Below, piece by piece: positions 1 to 7,165 of a stretch of DNA of 8,863 nt (within the stretch, counting starts at the first letter, position 1; every line of letters begins with the position of its first letter). Below the pieces are notes generated by a model. The model had not been told where the DNA came from. It made no database searches and saw only the letters and a program-made list of their open reading frames with translations. Where the stretch lies: IMG/VR virus record IMGVR_UViG_2713896779_000012. One strand, 5' to 3'. Made by a program: the position numbers and the translations under genes. Source of the DNA: a virus. Its lineage: Duplodnaviria > Heunggongvirae > Uroviricota > Caudoviricetes.

Positions 1-470
1 CCCTTAATGGTGATGTCTTTTTCCGTCACCCAGCCACCGTTACGTTGTATCTGAACCAGCAGACGGACTTCCGACGGATTCCTGTCACCCTTTGAGGTGG
101 TTTCCACCAGTGCCTGTACACCGAAGGTAAAGCGCAGACGGTCGATGTTTGCAGACGTAATGGTGCGGGTGATCGGCGTGTCATATTTCACTTCCGTACC
201 GAGCACCGTCTCGGAGCCGGAGGATTCAAACCCCTCCGGCGGTGTCTGCTCCTGCTCACCGGCACGGAACACCACCGTGACACCGGAGATGTTGGTATTC
301 CCCTCAGTGTCCAGCACCGGCGTACTGTTCAGCAGCACGCTTTTTAATCCATCCACCGGGCCTTCAACCGGCCCTTCGCTGATGGCATCGATCACACTCA
401 GCAACTGCGTGGACTTCAGGTTGTCCTTCGCTTCGCGCGGGGTATGCCCCTTACTGCTNCCTTTACCCAT
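1..470 (-). CDS. J: Central tail fiber / host-specificity protein J, N-terminal ~156 codons (5' partial; gene continues beyond the window start)
   Basis: Reverse complement of 420-470 reads ATG GGT AAA GG... = MGKGSSKGHTPREAKDN, and the window edge translates to ...IQRNGGWVTEKDITIKG, matching the lambda gpJ N-terminus as I recall it. ATG is at 468-470 (minus) with a GGAG Shine-Dalgarno 8 nt upstream. The N at 459 falls in the third base of a Gly codon (GGN), so it is silent. Position after I fits lambda gene order. Confidence 0.9.
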   Translation of the reverse strand, partial: MGKXSSKGHTPREAKDNLKSTQLLSVIDAISEGPVEGPVDGLKSVLLNSTPVLDTEGNTNISGVTVVFRAGEQEQTPPEGFESSGSETVLGTEVKYDTPITRTITSANIDRLRFTFGVQALVETTSKGDRNPSEVRLLVQIQRNGGWVTEKDITIK

Positions 471-492
471 TCNTCANGCTCCATAAANGACA

Positions 493-512
493 AAACCGCC
501 CGCAGGCGGTTT
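493..512 (-). terminator. GC-rich stem-loop in the I-J intergenic spacer (8-bp perfect stem aaaccgcc / ggcggttt, 4-nt loop), followed on the minus-strand transcript by a U-rich run; terminator-like or mRNA-structure element
   Basis: Seen directly: plus strand 493-500 aaaccgcc, loop 501-504 cgca, 505-512 ggcggttt. On the minus-strand RNA the hairpin is followed by UGUCNUUUAU. Function is inferred only. Confidence 0.3.
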
Positions 513-530
513 CACATAAAACATTTTGCA

Positions 531-1250
531 TCAGCGACCAATCACCACAACCTGACCACCGTCCCCTTCGTCTGCCGTGCTGATCTCCTGAGAAACCACG
601 CGTGACCCCACGCGCATTTCCCCGTACAGAACAGGCAGAACATTGCCCTGGGCAACCATGTTATCCAGTGAGGAGAAATAGGTGTTCTGCTTACCGTTAT
701 CCGTTGTCTGTGTACGGGGAGTTCTGGCTTTCGGTGCCAGCATCTGCGCCACACCACCGAGCACCATACTGGCACCGAGAGAAAACAGGATGCCGGTCAT
801 ACCACCGGCCCCAATGGCTGCCCCCCATGCTGCAAGGGTGGCTCCGGCGGTAAAGAATGATCCGGCAATGGCGGCAGCCCCCAGGACAATCTGGAATACG
901 CCACCTGACTTGGCCCCGGCGACTCTGGGAACAATATGAATCACAGCGCCATCAGGCAGAGTCTCATGTAACTGCGCCGTTAACCCGGACGTGCTGACGT
1001 CCCGCCCGGCAATCCGTACCTGATACCAGCCGTCGCTCAGTTTCTGACGAAACGCCGGGAGCTGTGTGGCCAGTGCCCGGATGGCTTCAGCCCCCGTTTT
1101 CACACGAAGGTCGATGCGGCGACCAAATCGTTGTAAATCCCCGTAAAGGCAGATGCGCGCCATGCCCGGTGACGCCAGAGGGAGTGTGTGCGTCGCNNNN
1201 NNNNNNNNNNNNNNNNNNNNNNNNNNNNNNNNNNNNNNNNNNNNNNCCAT
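531..1250 (-). CDS. I: Tail tip assembly protein I (interrupted near its 5' end by a 50-N scaffold gap at 1197-1246)
   Basis: ORF translation ATHTLPLASPGMARICLYGDLQRFGRRIDL...GGQVVVIGR matches lambda gpI as I recall it. An ATG at 1248-1250 lies just upstream of the gap and is in frame with the post-gap ORF for any true gap length of 3n+2. Stop TGA at 531-533. Overlaps the K 3' end in another frame. Confidence 0.85.
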   Translation of the reverse strand: MXXXXXXXXXXXXXXXXXATHTLPLASPGMARICLYGDLQRFGRRIDLRVKTGAEAIRALATQLPAFRQKLSDGWYQVRIAGRDVSTSGLTAQLHETLPDGAVIHIVPRVAGAKSGGVFQIVLGAAAIAGSFFTAGATLAAWGAAIGAGGMTGILFSLGASMVLGGVAQMLAPKARTPRTQTTDNGKQNTYFSSLDNMVAQGNVLPVLYGEMRVGSRVVSQEISTADEGDGGQVVVIGR

Positions 1251-1891
1251 TTGTCGGTGTACCTCTCTCGTTTGCTCAGTTGTTCAGGAATATGGTGCAG
1301 CAGCTCGCCGTCGCCGCAGTAAATTGCGGCGTGATTCGGCACCGATGAACCAAAACAGCACAGCAGCACATCGCCCGGCTGTGCCGCTGACAACGGCACC
1401 TGATACAGCCCCGTCGCCTCCAGATTATCCAGATAGAGATTCTGGCCGTTACGCCACCAGTCATCCTCACGATGAAAGTCCGGCATCTCAATCCCCGCCA
1501 GATGATAAGCATCCCGGAACAGTGTGTAACAGTCCGTCACACCGTGCTCAAAGCGCCGCCCGGTGAGATGCGGCACACAGCGGAACTTATGAATCGTCCC
1601 CCGGCAGACCAGCCACCACGGCAAATCACTCTGCACCTGCAGCCGCCGGTCGGCCTCACTCAGCCAGGGCAGACCACCGGGGTGGCTGTGGACCAGCGCC
1701 ACAATCTCACCCTGCATTTCTGCCTGCAGCCAGTCTTCCGGCGACATACGGAAATACGCCTCCGGCTCACCGGAGATATTCACGCAGGGGAAATATCTTT
1801 CCCCCTCCGGCGTGCTTACCACGAAGCCGCACGACTCCGCTGGCGCACATCGCCGGGCGTGCGCCAGAATCGCTGATTCTGTCTGTGTCAT
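1100..1891 (-). CDS. K: Tail tip assembly protein K, with JAB/MPN (JAMM-motif) and NlpC/P60-like domains; interrupted near its 3' end by the same 50-N gap
   Basis: ORF MTQTESAILAHARRCAPAESCGFVV...HSHPGGLPWLSEAD...GVTDCYTLFRDAY...ERYTDKW [gap] RRTHSLWRHRAWRASAFTGIYNDLVAASTFV. HSHPGGLPWLSEAD fits the JAMM consensus HxHx7Sx2D. ATG at 1889-1891 is 5 nt after the L stop. The 3' end overlaps the I start. An internal ATG at 1745-1747 (MSPEDW...) is an alternative start. Confidence 0.85.
   Translation of the reverse strand: MTQTESAILAHARRCAPAESCGFVVSTPEGERYFPCVNISGEPEAYFRMSPEDWLQAEMQGEIVALVHSHPGGLPWLSEADRRLQVQSDLPWWLVCRGTIHKFRCVPHLTGRRFEHGVTDCYTLFRDAYHLAGIEMPDFHREDDWWRNGQNLYLDNLEATGLYQVPLSAAQPGDVLLCCFGSSVPNHAAIYCGDGELLHHIPEQLSKRERYTDKWXXXXXXXXXXXXXXXXXRRTHSLWRHRAWRASAFTGIYNDLVAASTFV
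1197..1246. other. Assembly/scaffold gap (50 N) inside the K/I overlap
   Basis: Run of exactly 50 N. Both the K and I reading frames resume in frame after it, consistent with a true gap length of 3n+2 (possibly only 2 nt). Confidence 0.95.
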
Positions 1892-1896
1892 GGGAT

Positions 1897-2699
1897 TTAC
1901 TGCGAAAGTTTGTTAATGGAAAGGAAGCCGCCAAAGTTGCCGACGTTATTGCGGAACTTACAACCGCTCAGGCATTTGCTGCATTTATCCTTCGTGATAT
2001 CGGACGTTGGCTGGTCATATTCATCCGCGACAGCCGGACCGCTATAACCGCACTCGTCACCGCGATAGGTCCAGGTGCAGGTGTTGGCCAGCATGATACG
2101 TCCCGGAAAAACAGCGCCGTCCGTTTCCGTCGGCGTGGACAGTACAAAAGAGGCACTCACCGCGCTCAGTTCGCTGCACTGCTCGATGCGCCAGCGNCTG
2201 ATCACCTCCTGCTCCGGATCGGCGTCNCTGTTTCCGTTGACGAAGTTCACCGCATCCAGAAAACGGGCGTAAACCTTACGCCGGACCACCGTTCCGCCGA
2301 CCAGACTCTGCATATCTTCCACCATCCCGGTGACCATGCCGTACAGGTTAGAGACTGCCAGCGTGGGCCGCGTACTGGTGCCTTTGCCATTCAGTTCAAA
2401 ACCACTCCCCTGAATGGGATACGGCTGATACTGTCTCCCCTGCCAGGTGACCGGCTCACCTTTTTCGTTCTGCTCATTACAGAAAAAATAACGTTCTCNN
2501 NNNNNNNNNNNNNNNNNNNNNNNNNNNNNNNNNNNNNNNNNNNNNNNNAGGTGACCGGCTCACCTTTTTCGTTCTGCTCATTACAGAAAAAATAACGTTC
2601 TCCACCGACCTCTGTCAGATCGATTTCCCAGAGCACCACGCTGGCTGACTGCTCCGCACGGGTGCATTCATTCAGTGTTTCCTGCCGGATATCCTGCAT
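1897..2699 (-). CDS. L: Tail tip protein L (apparently intact; split in the ORF track by a 50-N gap plus 54-bp duplicated contig overlap)
   Basis: N-terminal part (2549-2699) reads MQDIRQETLNECTRAEQSASVVLWEIDLTEVGGERYFFCNEQNEKGEPVT. Sequence below 2498 continues WQGRQYQPYPIQGSGFELNG...MVTGMVEDMQ...FLSINKLSQ*. Removing the 104-nt artifact (one repeat copy plus the gap) leaves 699 nt, i.e. 232 codons plus stop. ATG at 2697-2699 overlaps the M stop (ATGA). Stop TAA at 1897-1899. Single N at 2197 and 2227. Confidence 0.9.
2445..2602. repeat. Assembly artifact: 54-bp perfect direct repeat (2445-2498 and 2549-2602) flanking a 50-N gap (2499-2548); unmerged overlapping contig ends
   Basis: aggtgaccggctcacctttttcgttctgctcattacagaaaaaataacgttctc occurs identically on both sides of the N run, and the post-gap copy starts immediately at the gap edge. 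Collapsing it restores a single in-frame L gene. Confidence 0.9.
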
Positions 2700-3013
2700 C
2701 AGTTCACCACCTGTTTAAACTCTGCGCTGAACTCAACACGCAACATACTGACCTGCGACGACCATTTTGCGCAGGTCACCTTTATCTGCCTGTAACCATA
2801 AGGCGNNNNNNNNNNNNNNNNNNNNNNNNNNNNNNNNNNNNNNNNNNNNNNNNNNTCACGGGAGACAGACAGCGTCACGCTGTACGTTTTCAGGTCAGCG
2901 TTCAGCCCGGCAGGCGCTCGCTGAGAATAGCCATCACCAAAGCGCACCTTTCTTACAGAAGGGACCGAAGCCACATCCATACCTGGTTTCACTTTCCAGC
3001 GGAAGGTCTTCAT
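2699..3013 (-). CDS. M: Tail tip protein M (interrupted by a 50-N scaffold gap at 2806-2855)
   Basis: ORF MKTFRWKVKPGMDVASVPSVRKVRFGDGYSQRAPAGLNADLKTYSVTLSV... [gap] ...PYGYRQIKVTCAKWSSQVSMLRVEFSAEFKQVVN matches lambda gpM as I recall it. ATG at 3011-3013 overlaps the H stop (ATGA). Stop TGA at 2699-2701 overlaps the L start. Confidence 0.88.
   Translation of the reverse strand: MKTFRWKVKPGMDVASVPSVRKVRFGDGYSQRAPAGLNADLKTYSVTLSVSRXXXXXXXXXXXXXXXXXXPYGYRQIKVTCAKWSSQVSMLRVEFSAEFKQVVN
2806..2855. other. Assembly/scaffold gap (50 N) inside M
   Basis: Run of exactly 50 N. The M frame is maintained across it. The true missing length is probably about 65 nt if M is 109 aa as in lambda (from memory). 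Confidence 0.95.
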
Positions 3014-5571
3014 CGTCCACCTCCGGAGAACAGGCCACCATCACGCATCTGTGTCTGAATTTCATCACGGGCACCCTTGCGGGCCATGTCATACACCGCC
3101 TTCAGAGCAGCCGGACCTATCTGCCCGTTCGTGCCGTCGTTGTTAATCACCACATGGTTATTCTGCTCAAACGTCCCGGACGCCTGCGACCGGCTGTCCG
3201 CCATACGGCCCGGTGTACCGACATAACCGCCGGTGGCATAGCCGCGCATCAGCCGGTAAAGATTTCCTACGCCAATCCGGCTGGTTGCCTCCTTCGTGAA
3301 GACAAATTCACCACGGTGAACAATCCCCGCTGGCTCATATTTGCCGCCGGTTCCCGTAAATCCTCCGGTTGCAAAATGGAATTTCGCCGCAGCGGCCTGA
3401 ATGGCTGTACCGCCTGACGCGGATGCGCCGCCACCAACAGCCCCGCCAATGGCGCTGCCGATACTCCCGACAATCCCCACCATTGCCTGCTTAAGCAGAA
3501 TTTCTGTCATCATGGACAGCACGGAACGGGTGAAGCTGCGCCAGTTCTGCTCACTGCCGGTCAGCATCGCCGCCATATTCTGTGCAATACCATCAAAGGT
3601 CTGCGTGGCTGCACTTTTTACCTGCGACATACTGTCCGTGGCGCTCTCTTCCCACTCGCTCCAGCCGGACCTGAGGCCTGCCATCCAGTTCCCGCGAAGC
3701 TGGTCTTCAGCCGCCCAGGTCTTTTTCTGCTCTGACATGACGTTATTCAGCGCCAGCGGATTATCGCCATACTGTTCCTTCAGGCGCTGTTCCGTGGCTT
3801 CCCGTTCTGCCTGCCGGTCAGTCAGCCCCCGGCTTTTCGCATCAATGGCGGCCCGTTTTGCCCGTTGCTGCTGTGCGAATTTATCCGCCTGCTGCGCCAG
3901 CGCGTTCAGGCGCTCCTGATACGTAACCTTGTCGCCAAGTGCAGCCAGCTGGCGTTTGTACTCCAGCGTCTCATCTTTATGCGCCAGCAGGGATTTCTCC
4001 TGTGCAGACAGCTGGCGACGTTGCGCCGCCTCCTCCAGTACCGCGAACTGACTCTCCGCCTTCCACAAATCCCGGCGCTGCTGGCTGATTTTCTCATTTG
4101 CTCCGGCATGCTTCTCCAGCGTCCGGAGTTCTGCCTGAAGCGTCAGCAGGGCAGCATGAGCACTGTCTTCCTGACGATCGCCCGCAGACACCTTCACGCC
4201 GGACTGTTTCGGCTTTTTCAGCGTCGCTTCATAATCCTTTTTCGCCGCCGCCATCAGCGTGTTGTAATCCGCCTGCAGGATTTTCCCGTCTTTCAGTGCC
4301 TTGTTCAGTTCTTCCTGACGGGCGGTATATTTCTCCAGCGGCGTCTGCAGCCGTTCGTAAGCCTTCTGCGCCTCTTCGGTATATTTCAGCCGTGACGCTT
4401 CGGTATCGCTCTGCTGCTGCGCATTTTTGTCCTGTTGAGTCTGCTGCTCAGCCTTCTTTCGGGCGGCTTCAAGCGCAAGACGGGCCTTTTCACGATCATC
4501 CCAGTAACGCGCCCGCGCTTCATCGTTAACAAAATAATCATCCTTGCGCAGATTCCAGATGTCGTCTGCTTTCTTAAACGCAACCTCTGCCTTAATCAGC
4601 ATCTCCTGCGCGGTATCAGGACGACCAATATCCAGCACCGCATCCCACATGGATTTGAATGCCCGCGCAGTCCTGTCTGCCCAGGTCTCCAGCGTGCCCA
4701 TGTTCTCTTTCAGGCGGCGGGTCTGGTCATCAAACCCTTTCGTTGCGGCCTCGTTCGCCGCCTGCAATGCCCCGGCTTCATCGCCGGAACGCTGCAACTG
4801 AGCAACATACGCAATCTGCTCCGCCGTCACGTTATGGAACTGGCGTGCCATCGCCGTCAGCCCCGACGTCGGGTCTGTGGTCAGCTTCCCGAAGGCTTCA
4901 GCGACCTTGTCCACCTCCACGCCGGATGCAGAGGAGAAACGCGCCACACTCTGGCTGATGGACGCAATCTGAGCCTCACCGCTTACCCCCGCCTTAACCA
5001 GTGCGCTGAGTGACTCGCTGGTCTGGTTAAACGTCAGCCCTGCCGCCTGCCCGGCTCTGGACAGGACCAGCATACGATCTGCCGTCAGTCCCGCCTGATT
5101 GCCGGAAAGGACCAGCGTTTTGTTGAAATCGGACAGGGTTGAGTTGCCCTGATACCAGGCATACGCCAGCGCACCGGTCGCCACCGCCAGCGAGGTGGCC
5201 CCCACCATCGGCAGGGTGATCGCACCGGCAAGCCCCCTGAACATGGGGATCATCCCGCCGAAGGAGTCCTTCACCTGCCCCCCCTGTTGCAGCAGGATCA
5301 GCCACGGACTTTGCCCGCCTGCAAGCTGCGTGGCCACGTCGGTGAACTGTGCAGGCAGCATACGCATGGCGGCTTTATACTGCCCGACGGAAATCCCCGC
5401 TTTCTGTGCAGCCAGCGCCTGTCGGCTCAGCGACTGTTCAACGACTGCCGCTGTTTTTTTCGCATCACTTTCCGTACCGGAAAAATGACGCCTGACTCTG
5501 GCCATCTGCTCGTCAAATCTGGCCGCATCCAGACTCAAATCAACGACCAGATCGCCTACCGGTTCAGCCAT
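3010..5571 (-). CDS. H: Tail tape measure protein H (853 aa)
   Basis: Uninterrupted 853-codon ORF. Sequence MAEPVGDLVVDLSLDAARFDEQ...GGLFSGGGR matches lambda gpH, including the Ala/Gln/Lys/Glu-rich helical middle and the Gly-rich hydrophobic segment near the C-terminus. ATG at 5569-5571 is preceded by GGAGGAG (6-nt spacer) and overlaps the end of the T frame. Confidence 0.95.
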   Translation of the reverse strand: MAEPVGDLVVDLSLDAARFDEQMARVRRHFSGTESDAKKTAAVVEQSLSRQALAAQKAGISVGQYKAAMRMLPAQFTDVATQLAGGQSPWLILLQQGGQVKDSFGGMIPMFRGLAGAITLPMVGATSLAVATGALAYAWYQGNSTLSDFNKTLVLSGNQAGLTADRMLVLSRAGQAAGLTFNQTSESLSALVKAGVSGEAQIASISQSVARFSSASGVEVDKVAEAFGKLTTDPTSGLTAMARQFHNVTAEQIAYVAQLQRSGDEAGALQAANEAATKGFDDQTRRLKENMGTLETWADRTARAFKSMWDAVLDIGRPDTAQEMLIKAEVAFKKADDIWNLRKDDYFVNDEARARYWDDREKARLALEAARKKAEQQTQQDKNAQQQSDTEASRLKYTEEAQKAYERLQTPLEKYTARQEELNKALKDGKILQADYNTLMAAAKKDYEATLKKPKQSGVKVSAGDRQEDSAHAALLTLQAELRTLEKHAGANEKISQQRRDLWKAESQFAVLEEAAQRRQLSAQEKSLLAHKDETLEYKRQLAALGDKVTYQERLNALAQQADKFAQQQRAKRAAIDAKSRGLTDRQAEREATEQRLKEQYGDNPLALNNVMSEQKKTWAAEDQLRGNWMAGLRSGWSEWEESATDSMSQVKSAATQTFDGIAQNMAAMLTGSEQNWRSFTRSVLSMMTEILLKQAMVGIVGSIGSAIGGAVGGGASASGGTAIQAAAAKFHFATGGFTGTGGKYEPAGIVHRGEFVFTKEATSRIGVGNLYRLMRGYATGGYVGTPGRMADSRSQASGTFEQNNHVVINNDGTNGQIGPAALKAVYDMARKGARDEIQTQMRDGGLFSGGGR

Positions 5572-6402
5572 ACCGGACTCCTCCTGCGATCCCTTCTGAT
5601 ACTGTCATCAGCATTACGTCATCCTCCGTCATGTCCGCCACATCCGGGGAAGCGGGGATAACTTCATTCCCGTCCGGGCCAAAGCGGACACCTCCGGCAA
5701 GCCCTGCCGCTTTCTGCATCAGCACATCATCTTCAGGCTCTTCGTCAGCCTCGCGCCGGTTCAGCAGACTGAAATCCAGCGGATGCATATCCGGATCGCT
5801 GAAAAACAGGCTGAGCACGGTGTACGTCAGCCCGGAAAAGTGCATATCCAGCAGAACATCATGAAAATAATGGGTACTGTAAAAGCGGTGCCAGTCGGCA
5901 TACTCCGTGGATGACATCCCGGCAAGCATGGCACGCCAGTCGGGTCGCCCCATCTCACGCGCCAGTTTCAGGGCAAAACTCAGCTCACCGTCGAACACTT
6001 TCCCGCAGAAACAGGCTCTGCGGGCCCGGCGTCCTCTGTCTGTTCAGGGGCATTATTCACCACAAACTCATACATACCAGACAGCCGGTACACCACGTTT
6101 TCAGCATGAGAAATTGCCTCCGTGGGCCAGGTGGTAAGCACTTCCTGCTCAATCTGTTTAACGGCTTCATTCATGGACGGCATCTTTGTCTTCTGCGGAT
6201 GGTTATGCCACAGGGACATCGCCACCAGAAACGCGCCGGTTCTGATGGCGTCTTCCACAGTAAACTTCCGATTGCTGTCTGACTCCGCCTGTTCTGCCTG
6301 CCGTTTCATCAGGGCGAGATGCTCAATGCGCTGCAGGGCTGACAGTTCAGAAAGCGTGACGGTCACACCGTTATGTTCAAATGATTCGGTTTTCAGGAAC
6401 AT
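5564..6402 (-). CDS. T: Tail assembly chaperone GT fusion, made by programmed -1 ribosomal frameshift: G frame from 6402 to the slippery site, then T frame to 5564
   Basis: The T-frame ORF (5564-5998, ...FDGELSFALKLAREMGRPDW...GGVRYG) has no start with a ribosome-binding site of its own; its listed start is a GTG inside the slippery site. It overlaps the last codons of G, where the slippery heptamer G GGA AAG sits (5998-6004 on the minus strand). The lambda G/GT frameshift is established knowledge. Confidence 0.85.
5980..6402 (-). CDS. G: Tail assembly chaperone G (140 aa)
   Basis: ORF MFLKTESFEHNGVTVTLSELSALQRIEHLALMKRQ...PVSAGKCSTVS matches lambda gpG. ATG at 6400-6402 with GGAGAG Shine-Dalgarno 6 nt upstream. 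Stop TGA at 5980-5982. Confidence 0.93.
   Translation of the reverse strand: MFLKTESFEHNGVTVTLSELSALQRIEHLALMKRQAEQAESDSNRKFTVEDAIRTGAFLVAMSLWHNHPQKTKMPSMNEAVKQIEQEVLTTWPTEAISHAENVVYRLSGMYEFVVNNAPEQTEDAGPAEPVSAGKCSTVS
5998..6004 (-). promoter_or_regulatory. Programmed -1 ribosomal frameshift slippery heptamer GGGAAAG (G GGA AAG) at the G/T junction
   Basis: Minus-strand mRNA reads ...UCU GCG GGA AAG UGU UCG ACG GUG AGC UGA. After a -1 shift it reads GGG AAA GUG UUC GAC GGU ..., which is the T frame (VFDGELSF...). Confidence 0.85.
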
Positions 6403-6417
6403 CGCTGACTCTCCGGA

Positions 6418-7158
6418 TTAACTGGCGGTGACGGTAATTTCTGCAACCGCAGCAAACTCACCATTACCGGATACAACCGGAATGTTGACCTTGCCTGCAG
6501 CAACGCCGTTCACGGTGATGGTCATACCACTGACCGACACGGTGGCTTTTGTTTTATCCGCAGACACCGCACGAAAGCTCTTGTCGGTTACACCCTCCGG
6601 CTGGAAGGCCACGGTCAGCGTGGTGCTCTGCCCTTTCACCACCGAGGTGCTGGCAGGCGTCACGGTCATGCCGGTTGCCGCTGTTACCGTGCTGCGATCT
6701 TCTGCCATCGACGGACGTCCCACATTGGTGACTTTCACCGTGCGGATGATCACTTCCTTCGCCGTCACCGCCTTACCGATACTGCTGACCCAGCCACGGA
6801 ACACATCGACCGTGCCGTTCGGGAAGCGGATTTTATAGGCACGGGTATCGCCTTCATTAAACCACGCCAGCAGCGCCTGCTGCCCCTGCTCTCCGGGCAT
6901 CCACGCCAGCGTGAAGCTGGTATCTCCGGCAGATTTCTGCCCCTGCCCGGTCGCAGTCCAGTCTGCATCTTCATCATCGAGATAGCTGTCGTCATAGGAC
7001 TCAGCGGTCAGTTCGCCGGGCGTCAGGTCTTTAACTTTTGCCAGACGCGACCAGTCAACGTCTGAAAGCGGGTTCGCATAAGGGTCACCGTTCCCCTTAT
7101 AAACCCACAGTGTGGTCCCGGCACCTTTCACCGGCATTGTAGGATTTGGTACAGGCAT
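6418..7158 (-). CDS. V: Major tail tube protein V (246 aa), including a C-terminal Ig-like domain
   Basis: [25 protein letters not shown]...AEITVTAS matches lambda gpV. I place the start at ATG 7156-7158 (GAGGA Shine-Dalgarno 4 nt upstream), not at the upstream start listed in the ORF track (7188), which would overlap U by 23 nt. Stop TAA at 6418-6420. Confidence 0.92.
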   Translation of the reverse strand: MPVPNPTMPVKGAGTTLWVYKGNGDPYANPLSDVDWSRLAKVKDLTPGELTAESYDDSYLDDEDADWTATGQGQKSAGDTSFTLAWMPGEQGQQALLAWFNEGDTRAYKIRFPNGTVDVFRGWVSSIGKAVTAKEVIIRTVKVTNVGRPSMAEDRSTVTAATGMTVTPASTSVVKGQSTTLTVAFQPEGVTDKSFRAVSADKTKATVSVSGMTITVNGVAAGKVNIPVVSGNGEFAAVAEITVTAS

Positions 7159-7165
7159 ATCGTCC

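Noticed and set aside
97-486. Plus-strand 129-aa ORF near the window start
   Set aside because: Antisense to the J N-terminal coding region and includes the ambiguous bases. The J frame on the minus strand is strongly supported.
1745-1747. Internal ATG (MSPEDW...) as the K start, giving a ~199-aa product
   Set aside because: Not fully rejected: it has a GGAGG 13 nt upstream, which is distant. I prefer the upstream ATG at 1891 because only the longer form keeps the E-x-C-G motif of the JAB domain.
1885-2595. Plus-strand 236-aa ORF
   Set aside because: Antisense to L, and it runs through the 50-N gap and duplicated artifact. Not a credible gene.
1197-2855. N runs as biological features (repeat array, CRISPR-like spacing, masked insertion)
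   Set aside because: All three are exactly 50 N, a scaffold-placeholder convention. The flanking sequence resumes the same lambda genes in frame, and one gap is flanked by an exact contig-end overlap.
3401-5013. Several plus-strand ORFs of 140-190 aa (3401-3919, 3865-4395, 4098-4529, 4435-5013) inside the H locus
   Set aside because: They lie wholly antisense to the well-supported H gene, have low-complexity Arg/Leu/Cys/Ser-rich translations, and have no ribosome-binding site context. They are shadow ORFs of a GC-rich coding region.
5564-5998. T as an independently initiated gene
   Set aside because: There is no start with a ribosome-binding site; the listed start is a GTG inside the slippery heptamer. 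T is better explained as the frameshift extension of G.
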